From an uncultured cyanobacterium (GTDB taxonomy: Bacteria > Cyanobacteriota > Cyanobacteriia > PCC-9006 > JAAUQQ01), in assembly GCA_963718615.1 (NCBI GenBank), contig OY970368.1, positions 5,824,001 to 5,888,000 of the forward strand: DNA of 64,000 bases. Reading direction: 5' to 3'. The number at the start of each line of letters is the position of its first letter. Position 1 is the stretch's first letter. Below are positions 34,148 to 43,680 of the stretch, in pieces. The position numbers and the translations under genes are program-made. The notes under the pieces were generated by a model, which saw nothing but the letters and a program-made list of their open reading frames with translations, was not told the DNA's origin and made no database searches.

Positions 34148-35080
34148 CTAGGAAACATTTGCCCGGAGCCAAGCAACCGGCAGGCTGACCATTTTTCGCG
34201 CATTGGACACATAGGCCCGCTGGGAAAACACATCGTAGTCATTGGCTTCGATCGCATCCAAAATCTGACTGTAAACCAAGAGCGAGGACCAAACGGGCCA
34301 GCGGGCGTTGCGACTCAGGGCACGAATACCGCGCTCCGCTTCGGTGTAATACTTGCGTGCCCGCTGGATCTGAAACCGCATGAGCGATCGCCAACGGTCA
34401 TCTACGACACCCCGCATCAAATCTTCTTCGGTATAGTTAAACAGGGCCAAATCTTCTAACGGTAAATAAATGCGGCCCCGGCGGGCATCTTCACCTACGT
34501 CCCGCAGGATGTTCGTCAATTGGTTGGCAATGCCGAGGGCGATCGCTTCATCAATCGGTCCCGTCTCGCTCAAAGCCTGCTGCGGATTCCAAGGCGTCGG
34601 CGCAGGCGGTTCCACCCCCATTACCACCGTAGACATTAAGCCCACCGTCCCAGCCACGCGGTAGCAGTAGAGCCAAAGGTCTTCAAAGCTTTCGTAGCGG
34701 TTACGCACCAGGTCCATGCGCTGCCCCTCGATCATGTCGCGGAAGGGCTGGATATCCAGGGGAAAACGCTCTAGGGTATCGACCAAGGCAACATCTTCGT
34801 CATCAATGGCATGACCGGCAAAATTTGCTTCCAACTGGTGTTCCCACTTGTCTAGGGTGTCCAGGGTTGTAAATTTGGCACCGGGACCATCGACCAATTC
34901 ATCTGTGCGACGACACCAGACATAGATAGCCCAGATCGCCTGACGCTTTTCCTCTGGCATGAGGAGTGTGGCGAGGTAAAACGACTTGGAATATTCAGCC
35001 GTCACCTGCCGACAAGCTTCATAGGCCTCTTCAAGCGAGACCAAGGTTTCCGTACATGGCGTTTCAGTCAGTTGGAGCAT
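34148..35080 (-). CDS. crtB: Phytoene synthase
   Basis: CRRTDELVD, YCYRVAGTVGLM, ANQLTNILRDVGEDARRGRIYLP; cyanobacterial/plant type. Confidence 0.97.
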   Translation of the reverse strand: MLQLTETPCTETLVSLEEAYEACRQVTAEYSKSFYLATLLMPEEKRQAIWAIYVWCRRTDELVDGPGAKFTTLDTLDKWEHQLEANFAGHAIDDEDVALVDTLERFPLDIQPFRDMIEGQRMDLVRNRYESFEDLWLYCYRVAGTVGLMSTVVMGVEPPAPTPWNPQQALSETGPIDEAIALGIANQLTNILRDVGEDARRGRIYLPLEDLALFNYTEEDLMRGVVDDRWRSLMRFQIQRARKYYTEAERGIRALSRNARWPVWSSLLVYSQILDAIEANDYDVFSQRAYVSNARKMVSLPVAWLRANVS

Positions 35081-35265
35081 TCGAGACAGACGATGGATAG
35101 GTCACTGTTCCAATCTGCATACGATGAACCCAACAGGCGTCAAACCTAAAGGCACCGCAGAGCGTGGAAATACCCGCGAAGGGAGTAGCACCACAAACCA
35201 AAACGCAGGAGCGCCCACAGCTTATGAGAAGGCTCCGGGGTCCAATCAGCCTTTGCCACACCGCC

Positions 35266-35343
35266 TTAATCGCAAAGGATAGAATAGCATTTGGCGATCG
35301 CCTGCGCTGTCAGCTTACCAGAAACCCAACCGCCTCCTCTCAT
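35266..35343 (-). pseudogene. Apparent relic of the 3' end of crtP (pds)
   Basis: Minus-strand translation MRGGGWVSGKLTAQAIAKCYSILCD*. SGKLTAQAIA (35293-35322) matches the C-terminal 'MEGAVLSGKLTAQAI' of cyanobacterial CrtP, on the strand and side expected for a crtP-crtB pair. Confidence 0.7.
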
Positions 35344-35460
35344 TCCCTTCAGGGATGCTGGCATCTGAGGGAAATCGATGGTTGTGCAATGCAAAATGCC
35401 CGAGAGGCGGATTTTACAATCACTCCCAAGACCGATCTAAGACTGAGTTTTCGGATCCCT

Positions 35461-35489
35461 GTGACTTCGCTAACATGGTTCATTATACT
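35461..35489 (+). promoter_or_regulatory. Putative sigma70 promoter of crtI
   Basis: GTGACT, 17 nt, TATACT, about 30 nt upstream of the start. Confidence 0.45.
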
Positions 35490-35520
35490 TTGCATTTTGT
35501 AACATTCTGCGTTTTAGCAG

Positions 35521-37044
35521 ATGGGGAAATCTGAGATGAACATTATCGTGATCGGCAGCGGGTTTGGCGGACTAGCAGCAGCAAACCGTCTGCAAGCCCA
35601 AGGCCATCGGGTGCAGATTCTGGAAAAGCGGGATAGGGCGGGGGGGCGTGCCTACGTTTATGAGCAGGATGGTTTTAAGTTTGATGGGGGACCGACGATT
35701 ATTACGGCTCCCTACATCATTGACGACATCTTCAAGGCAGCGGGGAAACAGCGGCAGGACTATGTCCAACTGCAAAAGTTGGATCCCTTCTACAACATTC
35801 GCTTCCCCGACGGATCGGTGTTTCACTATGTCGATCGCGAAGAAGATTTAATCGATCAGATTAAAAAATTCAATGCTGCGGACCTGCCGGGCTACTACAA
35901 ACTCAAGAAAAAAGCCCAGGAAACCTACGAAAAGGCCATGCCGCTGATCGACAAGCCCTTTATCAAGCTAGGCGAAATGATGAAGGCGGCCCCGGATATG
36001 ATCAAGGTTCAGGCCTATCGTTCCGTCGCAGGCATCGTCAATAGCTACATCAAGGACGAGCGGCTGCGGCAAATTTTTAGTTTTCACCCCCTGTTTTTAG
36101 GGGGAAATCCCTTCCAGAGCAGCGCCATGTACACGATGATCCATCGCCTAGAGCAGGAGATGGGGGTGTGGTTCGCCATGGGGGGCACTGGGGCCTTAGT
36201 TCAGGGATTTGTGAAGCTGTTTGAAGACCAGGGGGGCGAGATTCGCTACAACTGCGAAGTGGATCAAATTCTCATGAACGAGGCCACGGGTAAAGCGCGG
36301 GGGGTGCGTCTGGCTAATGGCGAGGAACTGGCGGCGGATATCGTGGTTTGCAATGGGGAAATTGGCAATGCCTACCTGAACCTGGTGCCCAAGCAGTTCC
36401 GCAAGCGCAATACGGATCGTCGTGTAAAGGGCTTCAAATATTCCATGGGGGTGTTTGTTCTCTACTTCGGCACGGACCGCCAGTATGACAACATGGCCCA
36501 CCACGAAATCATCATGGGGCCGCGCTACAAGGAACTCCTGACGGATATCTTTAGCAAGAAACATCTGGCGGATGATTTTTCGCTGTATTTGCACCGGCCT
36601 ACGGCGACGGACCCGTCCATGGCTCCGGCGGGCTGTGACTGCTGGTATGCCCTAGCGCCGGTTCCCAACCTCCAGGCGGATGTGGACTGGACGACGAAGG
36701 CCAAGGACTATCGTGATGTCATCGTCAAGTTCTTGGAGGAGCGCTATATGCCGGATTTGTCGAAGCATATTATTTCCGAATACTCGATCGACCCGCTCCA
36801 TTTCCAGAATGTGCTGAATAGCTATCAGGGCAGCGCCTTTGCGATTGAACCGACGCTCACCCAATCGGCCTGGTTCCGCTTCCACAACCGCAGCGAAGAC
36901 ATCGACAATCTCTACTTTGTCGGGGCAGGTACCCATCCAGGGGCAGGGGTTCCGGGGGTTCTGAGCTCGGGCAAGATTGTGGCTGACATGATTGGCACGG
37001 CCCCCAAAACGGCTACGGCAGAACCCACGTTAGTGAGCGCATAA
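35521..37044 (+). CDS. crtI: Bacterial-type phytoene desaturase
   Basis: GSGFGGLAAA, GGRAYVYEQDGFKFDGGPT, FSFHPL..GGNPF, DFSLYLHRP, GSAF.IEPTLTQSAWFR.HN, LYFVGAGTHPGAGVPGV. Confidence 0.9.
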   Translation: MGKSEMNIIVIGSGFGGLAAANRLQAQGHRVQILEKRDRAGGRAYVYEQDGFKFDGGPTIITAPYIIDDIFKAAGKQRQDYVQLQKLDPFYNIRFPDGSVFHYVDREEDLIDQIKKFNAADLPGYYKLKKKAQETYEKAMPLIDKPFIKLGEMMKAAPDMIKVQAYRSVAGIVNSYIKDERLRQIFSFHPLFLGGNPFQSSAMYTMIHRLEQEMGVWFAMGGTGALVQGFVKLFEDQGGEIRYNCEVDQILMNEATGKARGVRLANGEELAADIVVCNGEIGNAYLNLVPKQFRKRNTDRRVKGFKYSMGVFVLYFGTDRQYDNMAHHEIIMGPRYKELLTDIFSKKHLADDFSLYLHRPTATDPSMAPAGCDCWYALAPVPNLQADVDWTTKAKDYRDVIVKFLEERYMPDLSKHIISEYSIDPLHFQNVLNSYQGSAFAIEPTLTQSAWFRFHNRSEDIDNLYFVGAGTHPGAGVPGVLSSGKIVADMIGTAPKTATAEPTLVSA

Positions 37045-37049
37045 AGTCT

Positions 37050-37132
37050 GTAGGTTGGCGTTGAGCGCAGCGAAACCCAACGGCATTGAGCCTAGACAGG
37101 GCTGTTGGGTTTCATGCTTCAACCCAACCTAC
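37050..37132. repeat. GTAG-type REP doublet (inverted pair)
   Basis: GTAGGTTGGCGTTGAG..GAAACCCAAC ... GTTGGGTTTC..TCAACCCAACCTAC between convergent genes; related copy at 60487. Confidence 0.85.
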
Positions 37133-37151
37133 GGGATTCATGACACTCTTG

Positions 37152-38708
37152 TTACATCGATCTCATAATTTTGGGCTTGAAGGCGATTCCCGCTGCTGGG
37201 GCTGCGCTCAGGCGGTTGAGGGCAATTTGCTGGTAACGGCGGGACAATTCGTTTTGTCCTGTAAGTTTTGCCCAGTCCGCGAACCAGGTGGAGTAGGTCG
37301 CAGCATTGGGCAGTTGTACAATCACCTGCTCCGAACTCTGCTGAATTTCCTGCCACACCTGGGGCTGGCTGAGGTATTCTCGCTGGTTGCCTTGGTGGTT
37401 GGCGATCGCCCCATGGATCACCGGCAACAGCATCGGCAAGGCACTATCACGGGGAGCCTCAGCCTGGGCCGCGCGCAAAAACTGGAGCGCCGCTTGGCCA
37501 CTGCCCGTTTTATCCTGGGCGACCAAGTAGGACGCTTTTTCCAAATGGGCTTGGAATGAGTGGGGCCAAACCTGATTGACCGCTTGAAATGCGGCTTCAA
37601 TCGTCTGGTTCCGTTGGGCACTGCCCAGCTTCGGGGCCTCTTTAGCTGGGGTACTGCCCTCCGGTACGACTCCCATTTTGGCCAACCGTAGCTTAGACAT
37701 TAGGGCCGCTGGATTTTTGGCATCAAGGGAAATCGCGATTTGGGTGTCGGTGAGACTGGTGGCTTCGAGGCGATCGCGATCCGCCTGGGTCGGAGGACAA
37801 TGCTTTCGCTGTTGCCCAGGGGTCAGCGCAACATCCTGCCAGAGGGACGCTTGGGTGAAATAGGCTCGCGTGGTATAAGCCATACTGCTACGCGGCGACT
37901 CGGTAACCCAATCGTTGAGCTTAGCCATCAGTTGCTTTGTCAACACAGCATCATCACTAGAAGCCGCATTCACCAAAACCGCATCGGCATAATCTAGGCC
38001 CTCGGGGGTCAATTGACGGGTTTGGGTGACCTGATTCAGAAACGCTTCTGCTTGTTTAAACTGGCCCTGCTGAATCCAGGACCGCAGTTGGTGAGCAGCA
38101 TTGTCCAGACTCTCGGGGGATGACTGGGCAGCGGAGTCTGCCGCAGGGTCTGAAAGCACATGGTAGCGATTTTGCACCACCGCAATATACTGCTCTTCAG
38201 CCCGCTTTAGCCCTGCCTGATAGATAGCCAGCTTGGTTTGGGCGTTGAGGTATTGCGGAGAATTCGGCTCGATTTCGCTGAGGAAATTAATGGCGGATTG
38301 CCATTGGCTGATGATCTGGTTCCAGTCGGTGTTGGTGATGGCGGATTGTTCGGCGATCGCCGCACTATGGGCCGCTGAAACCCCTGCATCCCAATACTTT
38401 TGCTGTCGCTTGAGCTGTTGCTCAGACCACTGAATTTTGGGGGCAGCCGTAACTGTATCGGGACTGCTTTCAGGCAGATTGACTTCCGGCACCGCAGATG
38501 GCACTGGAATTGCAGGAGCCCCGGTTCGGGCAGTGCGAGATCGGGCTTTTGTTTCGGAGCCCGCTGCATCGTTTATGGAGGAAGGTTTTGAGAACGATTC
38601 CGAGGACAAATGATCTTGGGTCAGCGACCAAGCCACCTTGGCGCAGCCGAGACCCGCCGTTGCCAGGACACAGGAGAGTGTCGTCAAAGAGAGGCTCTTA
38701 GACGTCAT
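37152..38708 (-). CDS. Exported/membrane-anchored helical protein, possible DUF4034-like domain
   Basis: N-terminal hydrophobic segment, Pro/Ser linker, helical region (W..AI..L..I.PNSPQY..AQ.K...Y), then L..WV.ESP.S..AY motif. Confidence 0.65.
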   Translation of the reverse strand: MTSKSLSLTTLSCVLATAGLGCAKVAWSLTQDHLSSESFSKPSSINDAAGSETKARSRTARTGAPAIPVPSAVPEVNLPESSPDTVTAAPKIQWSEQQLKRQQKYWDAGVSAAHSAAIAEQSAITNTDWNQIISQWQSAINFLSEIEPNSPQYLNAQTKLAIYQAGLKRAEEQYIAVVQNRYHVLSDPAADSAAQSSPESLDNAAHQLRSWIQQGQFKQAEAFLNQVTQTRQLTPEGLDYADAVLVNAASSDDAVLTKQLMAKLNDWVTESPRSSMAYTTRAYFTQASLWQDVALTPGQQRKHCPPTQADRDRLEATSLTDTQIAISLDAKNPAALMSKLRLAKMGVVPEGSTPAKEAPKLGSAQRNQTIEAAFQAVNQVWPHSFQAHLEKASYLVAQDKTGSGQAALQFLRAAQAEAPRDSALPMLLPVIHGAIANHQGNQREYLSQPQVWQEIQQSSEQVIVQLPNAATYSTWFADWAKLTGQNELSRRYQQIALNRLSAAPAAGIAFKPKIMRSM

Positions 38709-38949
38709 GGGGCGAATACCAATTTTGCTGAAAGACGGGCCGCTCTTCGAGATGGGGTTTCGGGATGGGGTAGTGCAGGGGAGAGGTGCTCAAGGCTCTC
38801 CGCAGCGGCTATAAGCTTAGACTTCCCGAAAAAATTGCAGGAAAAACGCTTGCGACAAAGGGGTACCCCGATAGGGCAAAGTTGATTGGGGCTGACAGCC
38901 CGATCCATAATGACAGGGCACCGCATTCGTCAGGACCATCGCTCCCGTA

Positions 38950-39582
38950 ATGAGTCTCGCCAGCGACCTCTGGAATCAGCATCAATCCCTCGCCCAAGCC
39001 TGTCTACACCACCCTTTTGTCCAAGGGATTGCCGACGGTACCCTGCCCAAGGCCAAATTTGCCTACTACGTTGGTCAAGACGCCTTCTTCCTTGATGCCT
39101 TCGCCCGTGCCTACAGCATTTGCGCCGCCAAGGCTCCAACCCTAGAGAGTTTTCAACTTTTTCATCAACTGGCAGGCGGAGTGCTCGAAGAACGCCAACT
39201 CCACTACCACTATGCCAAAGCTTGGGGCGTAGATCTCACCCAGGTGAGTCCCGGCATCACCACCCGTCGCTACGTCGATTTCCTCAGTGCCTCCGCCTGG
39301 AGCCAAGCCATTGGCCTAACCGCAACTGCCATGGCCCCTTGTATGCGGCTCTATGCCTATCTGGGCCAAGCCCTGACGACAGACGGTATTCCTGACCATG
39401 GCTATCGCGATTGGCTCACCACCTATCGCGAACCCCTATTTGAAGATTTGGCCCAGCAGCTCGAACATTTGTTGGATCAGTATGCCGCACCTTGGGATGG
39501 CGATCGCCTACAAGCCACCTACGGGTACGCTATGCAATGCGAGCTCGACTTCTTCCAAGCCGCCTGGGAGGCCCATCCATGA
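38950..39582 (+). CDS. tenA: TenA family protein (thiaminase II/aminopyrimidine aminohydrolase)
   Basis: HPFVQGIADGTL, YVGQDAFFL, APCMRLY (Cys retained), ELDFF. Confidence 0.88.
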   Translation: MSLASDLWNQHQSLAQACLHHPFVQGIADGTLPKAKFAYYVGQDAFFLDAFARAYSICAAKAPTLESFQLFHQLAGGVLEERQLHYHYAKAWGVDLTQVSPGITTRRYVDFLSASAWSQAIGLTATAMAPCMRLYAYLGQALTTDGIPDHGYRDWLTTYREPLFEDLAQQLEHLLDQYAAPWDGDRLQATYGYAMQCELDFFQAAWEAHP

Positions 39583-40937
39583 CAGTTCCCCGCACCGTTT
39601 GCCTTGGCTTTCTAGGCGTGATTGCTGTGGGAACCTTGCTCTTGTTGCTACCGTTCTCCACCCTTGAAGCGGGCTGGGATCTCAGCGTCAATCCTCTTTT
39701 TACGGCAACATCCGCAGTCTGCGTGACAGGCCTCTCCGTCGTCGATGTTAGCCATTACTACAGCGGCATAGGACAATTCATCATCATGTTCCTGGCCCAG
39801 GTCGGTGGCTTGGGGTACATGACCGCAACCACCTTTTTGATTTTGATTCTGGGTCAGCGGTTCCGGCTGCGCGAAAAAATTGCCATTCAAAAAACCCTCG
39901 ATGCCCCTGGCATCAACGGCTCTAAACAGCTCATTCTTTCGATTATTAGTCTCACGGCACTGTTTGAGCTGACTGGGACTTTTTTGCTGATGGTGCAGTT
40001 TGTACCGGAATTTGGCTGGCAGCAAGGCATTTGGTTCTCCCTATTTCATAGCATTAGCGCCTTTAACAACGCCGGGTTCAGCCTCTTTTCCGATAGCCTA
40101 GTGGGCTATGCCCAATCCCCTTATCTCATCGGTGTCATCAGCATCTTGATCATTGCCGGAGGAATTGGTTACCAAGCTACGATGGAAGGATTTTTAGTCT
40201 TGCGAGACATATTCGGCAGGCTGCGCGCCAAAAACCTCACCAATCCACCGGGTCGATTTTGGGTTTCGCTTAACTTTAAAGTCGCGACCACGACCACCTG
40301 GGTTTTGCTGGTGGGTGGAACCCTGGCCTTCTTCGCCACAGAATTTGGGAATGCGGACACCTTAGGCGAGCTGAACTTTGGCCAGAAACTGCTGTCGGCT
40401 TGGTTTCAGTCGGTCACCACTCGGACGGCGGGCTTCAATAGCATCGACATTGGCGAAATGACCACAGCGGGTCTGTTTATTACGATCGCCCTAATGTTCA
40501 TTGGAGCCAGCCCCGGCGGCACGGGCGGCGGCGTCAAGACCACCACCATTCGCATTTTGGCAGGCTGTACCGCAGCGGTGTTGCGGGGAAAAGAGGAAGT
40601 CATTTGTTTCGATCGCCGTCTACCCACCGATGTGATTCTCAAGGCCGTGGGGGTGGTGTTTGGTTCGCTGATGACCGTAATCATTGTGACCATCTTGCTC
40701 TCCTGGACCGAACCTGATTTGCCCTTCATTGGCCTCTTTTTTGAAGCGGTGTCGGCCTTCGCCACGGTCGGCCTTTCGGCGAATCTGACCACCAGTCTGT
40801 CGTTGATGAGCAAGCTGATTATCATTGTGACGATGTACGTCGGACGGGTGGGGGTTTTGCTGATGATGTCGGCGATTTTGGGCGACCCAGAACCCAGCCA
40901 GATTCGCTACCCTGAAGATGAGCTTCTAGTCGGTTAA
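39579..40937 (+). CDS. ktrB: Trk/Ktr K+ uptake membrane subunit
   Basis: SAVCVTGL, SAFNNAGF, RTAGF, SAFATVGLS pore loops; ATG 39579 overlaps the tenA stop (ATGA). Confidence 0.93.
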   Translation: MTVPRTVCLGFLGVIAVGTLLLLLPFSTLEAGWDLSVNPLFTATSAVCVTGLSVVDVSHYYSGIGQFIIMFLAQVGGLGYMTATTFLILILGQRFRLREKIAIQKTLDAPGINGSKQLILSIISLTALFELTGTFLLMVQFVPEFGWQQGIWFSLFHSISAFNNAGFSLFSDSLVGYAQSPYLIGVISILIIAGGIGYQATMEGFLVLRDIFGRLRAKNLTNPPGRFWVSLNFKVATTTTWVLLVGGTLAFFATEFGNADTLGELNFGQKLLSAWFQSVTTRTAGFNSIDIGEMTTAGLFITIALMFIGASPGGTGGGVKTTTIRILAGCTAAVLRGKEEVICFDRRLPTDVILKAVGVVFGSLMTVIIVTILLSWTEPDLPFIGLFFEAVSAFATVGLSANLTTSLSLMSKLIIIVTMYVGRVGVLLMMSAILGDPEPSQIRYPEDELLVG

Positions 40938-41071
40938 TCGGTGGGTGAATCAGTGGCTCTAGCCTTCGCTACAAACTCGGATGCACACTTAGGTTCAAAC
41001 TCAGGTTCAAGCCATCGCTGAATCGCGTTAGCCATGGGGTAGGATTTTGATCACACTGAGGATTAACAATT

Positions 41072-41767
41072 GTGAATCTTCCCTCCCTCAACCTGCTGCG
41101 CAATCTCAAAAACGACAATCGGCAGTTCGCTGTCATTGGCTTAGGTCGTTTTGGGCGATCGGTTTGTAGCACCTTACACAAGATGGGCTACGACGTTTTG
41201 GGGCTCGACAGCAACGAAAAACTCGTGGCCCAGGCCATGGCCGAACAGATGACCGCCCACGCCATTCAGCTCGACTCCACCGAACCCATGGCCCTGCGCG
41301 AAGCCGGGGTGTTTGAGTTTGATACGGTGATTGTCGCCATCGGGAATTACATTCAAGAGAGCATTATCACGACACTCAATGTCAAAGAAGGGGGGGTGCC
41401 CTACGTGGTCGCCAAAGCCTCCAATGATATTCATGGCAAACTGCTGCAAAAGGTGGGGGCCGATCGCGTGGTCTTTCCCGAGTACGACATGGGGTGCAAC
41501 TTGGCGCGATCGCTCACCCGTCCCAATATCCTCGAACGCTTTATCCTCGACCCGGAACACAGCATCGTTGAGACCGCCGTTCCCAGCGAATTTGATGGCA
41601 AAACCATCGCCGAACTCAATTTGCGCGCTCGGTTTGGGCTCAATCTTCTAGCCGTGGGCGATGAGCAAAAGTTTGAAATCAACCCTGAACCCGGTCGGCG
41701 GCTGCACAAGGGCCAGATCATGGTGGTGATTGGAGACAATAACGCGATCGATCGACTGGTGAAATGA
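41072..41767 (+). CDS. ktrA: Trk/Ktr K+ uptake NAD-binding subunit
   Basis: [21 protein letters not shown] and C domains. Confidence 0.93.
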   Translation: MNLPSLNLLRNLKNDNRQFAVIGLGRFGRSVCSTLHKMGYDVLGLDSNEKLVAQAMAEQMTAHAIQLDSTEPMALREAGVFEFDTVIVAIGNYIQESIITTLNVKEGGVPYVVAKASNDIHGKLLQKVGADRVVFPEYDMGCNLARSLTRPNILERFILDPEHSIVETAVPSEFDGKTIAELNLRARFGLNLLAVGDEQKFEINPEPGRRLHKGQIMVVIGDNNAIDRLVK

Positions 41768-41777
41768 GGACTCCCAC

Positions 41778-42938
41778 ATGACCAAAATCATCGGGTTGAT
41801 CAGCGGCACCTCCGTCGATGGGATTGATGCGGCGTTTGTAGAGATTTCGGGCACCCAAACGGATTTGCGCGTGGAACTGCTGGCGGGAGAAACCTTTGCC
41901 TATGAGGGGGGATTGCGCGATCGCATCCTCGCCCTTTGCAGCGGTGAACCCATCACCATGGAGGCTTTTGCGGCCCTGGATGATGACATTGCTCGGGCCT
42001 TTTCCCAGGCGGCGATCGCCCTCCAAACCGCCTATCCCCACCATGGCCCCGCCGAGCTTATCGGCTCCCATGGCCAAACGGTTTTCCATCGCCCTGCCCG
42101 AACTCCACAACTGGGGTATTCGCGTCAGCTCGGTCGGGGGGAACTGATCGCCCATCTAACCGGCATCACGACCCTCAGTAACTTCCGCGCCGCCGACATC
42201 GCTGCGGGAGGTCAAGGCGCGCCCCTGGTTCCCCCCGTGGATGCTTATTTATTGGGACATGCCAGCGAATCTCGCGCCGTCCAAAATATCGGTGGAATTG
42301 GCAATGTAACGTTTTTGCCCGCGCGCCAAACCCCTGACTGGCTCACCCAAGTGCGGGGCTGGGACACTGGACCGGGCAATACGCTACTGGATTTGGCCGT
42401 ACAGCGACTTTCCCAGGGCCAGCTCAGCTACGATGCCGATGGAGCCTGGGCCGCCCAGGGCCAAGCCTGTCTCTCCCTCGTGCAGCAATGGCTTCAGGAT
42501 CCCTACTTTCAACAGCCCCCCCCCAAATCCACCGGACGAGAGCGGTTTGGCTGGGCCTATTTGGAAGCACAGTGGAGTGATCTGGACGCCGAAGCACTCT
42601 CCTCGGCAGATATTTTAGCCACGCTCACCGAGTTTACCGCCGCGTCCATTGCCCAGGAATATCAGCGCTTTTTACCCCAATTACCCGATCGCATCCTCCT
42701 CTGTGGCGGCGGCAGTCGCAATGGCCATTTGCAGCATCGGTTGGCCCAGCATCTTCCCCATATCCCGGTGCAAACCACCGACGAGATGGGTCTCAGCGCC
42801 GACTTTAAGGAGGCGATCGCCTTCGCCGTCCTCGCCCACTGGCACCAGCAGGGTATTTCTGGCAACCTTCCCAGCGTTACCGGGGCTCAAACCCATCAGA
42901 TTCTCGGTGAGCGCCACCCGAGCTGCGTGCTAGCATAG
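41778..42938 (+). CDS. anmK: Anhydro-N-acetylmuramic acid kinase
   Basis: [47 protein letters not shown]. Confidence 0.96.
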   Translation: MTKIIGLISGTSVDGIDAAFVEISGTQTDLRVELLAGETFAYEGGLRDRILALCSGEPITMEAFAALDDDIARAFSQAAIALQTAYPHHGPAELIGSHGQTVFHRPARTPQLGYSRQLGRGELIAHLTGITTLSNFRAADIAAGGQGAPLVPPVDAYLLGHASESRAVQNIGGIGNVTFLPARQTPDWLTQVRGWDTGPGNTLLDLAVQRLSQGQLSYDADGAWAAQGQACLSLVQQWLQDPYFQQPPPKSTGRERFGWAYLEAQWSDLDAEALSSADILATLTEFTAASIAQEYQRFLPQLPDRILLCGGGSRNGHLQHRLAQHLPHIPVQTTDEMGLSADFKEAIAFAVLAHWHQQGISGNLPSVTGAQTHQILGERHPSCVLA

Positions 42939-42969
42939 TCCCCGAAGTCTCAGTCTTTGGACCTCGTGT

Positions 42970-43419
42970 TTGGTGGCGCATTCCTTTCTCATAGAACCGG
43001 GGAGTTGGACCCTTCAGGGCGACTGGATCGAAGGGGACGGGCAGGTGATTCCCGTCAAAGGTAAAACCTTGATCTCCTGGGGCAAGGACGATTGGTTTGT
43101 CATGGTAACCAAGCTGATTTTTGAAAGCGATCGCCATCCCGAAATCATCTGCCGCTACAAAGGACGTTTTGACGGGGAAACCCAGCATTACAACTTTGTC
43201 CTGGACCATAGCCTTTTGGGTAATCTTGAAGGGGAAGGCTGGCTGACCGAGCGGTCTGTGATTCAACGCTACTGGGTGTTGCAGGACAACCAGCGGCGCA
43301 CCGGGCTCGATACGATGACGTTGGGCGATCGCCAAGCCTACACCTTCAGCAGTACACTCATGACCGGCCATCGTCTCAACACAGTCCTAGAAGGCACCCT
43401 CGCCCGCGCTACCCACTAG
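42970..43419 (+). CDS. Hypothetical protein (beta-rich)
   Basis: 149-aa co-oriented ORF; GEGW...IQRYWVL.D..RRTG resembles a conserved cyanobacterial family. Confidence 0.7.
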   Translation: MVAHSFLIEPGSWTLQGDWIEGDGQVIPVKGKTLISWGKDDWFVMVTKLIFESDRHPEIICRYKGRFDGETQHYNFVLDHSLLGNLEGEGWLTERSVIQRYWVLQDNQRRTGLDTMTLGDRQAYTFSSTLMTGHRLNTVLEGTLARATH

Positions 43420-43680
43420 TTAAGCCAGCGTGACAATGCGGAGATTTAGTTCCCACAGGTCTTTGGGGAGTTGGTCAACGCTACTGAACCTGCCCTTCTA
43501 GATCCAGAGTAAACTTTGGATAGCGGGTAAACTTCATCACAGTTTTCTTGGAAGCTGTAGGGAAACCTTCATAAAACCACAGCGGTCTTCCGTAGTCATG
43601 CGGAATTGAGTGACTGGCGCTCCCCTTCCCTGATTTTGTTGAGGCAAACACCCTTGATCTCGCAAAGTGTCCATCGTGCC

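Noticed and set aside
38800-38949. TPP riboswitch upstream of tenA
   Set aside because: GGGGCTGAC and ATAATG partly resemble the consensus, but the CTGAGA and ACCTGAT...AGGGA core is absent.
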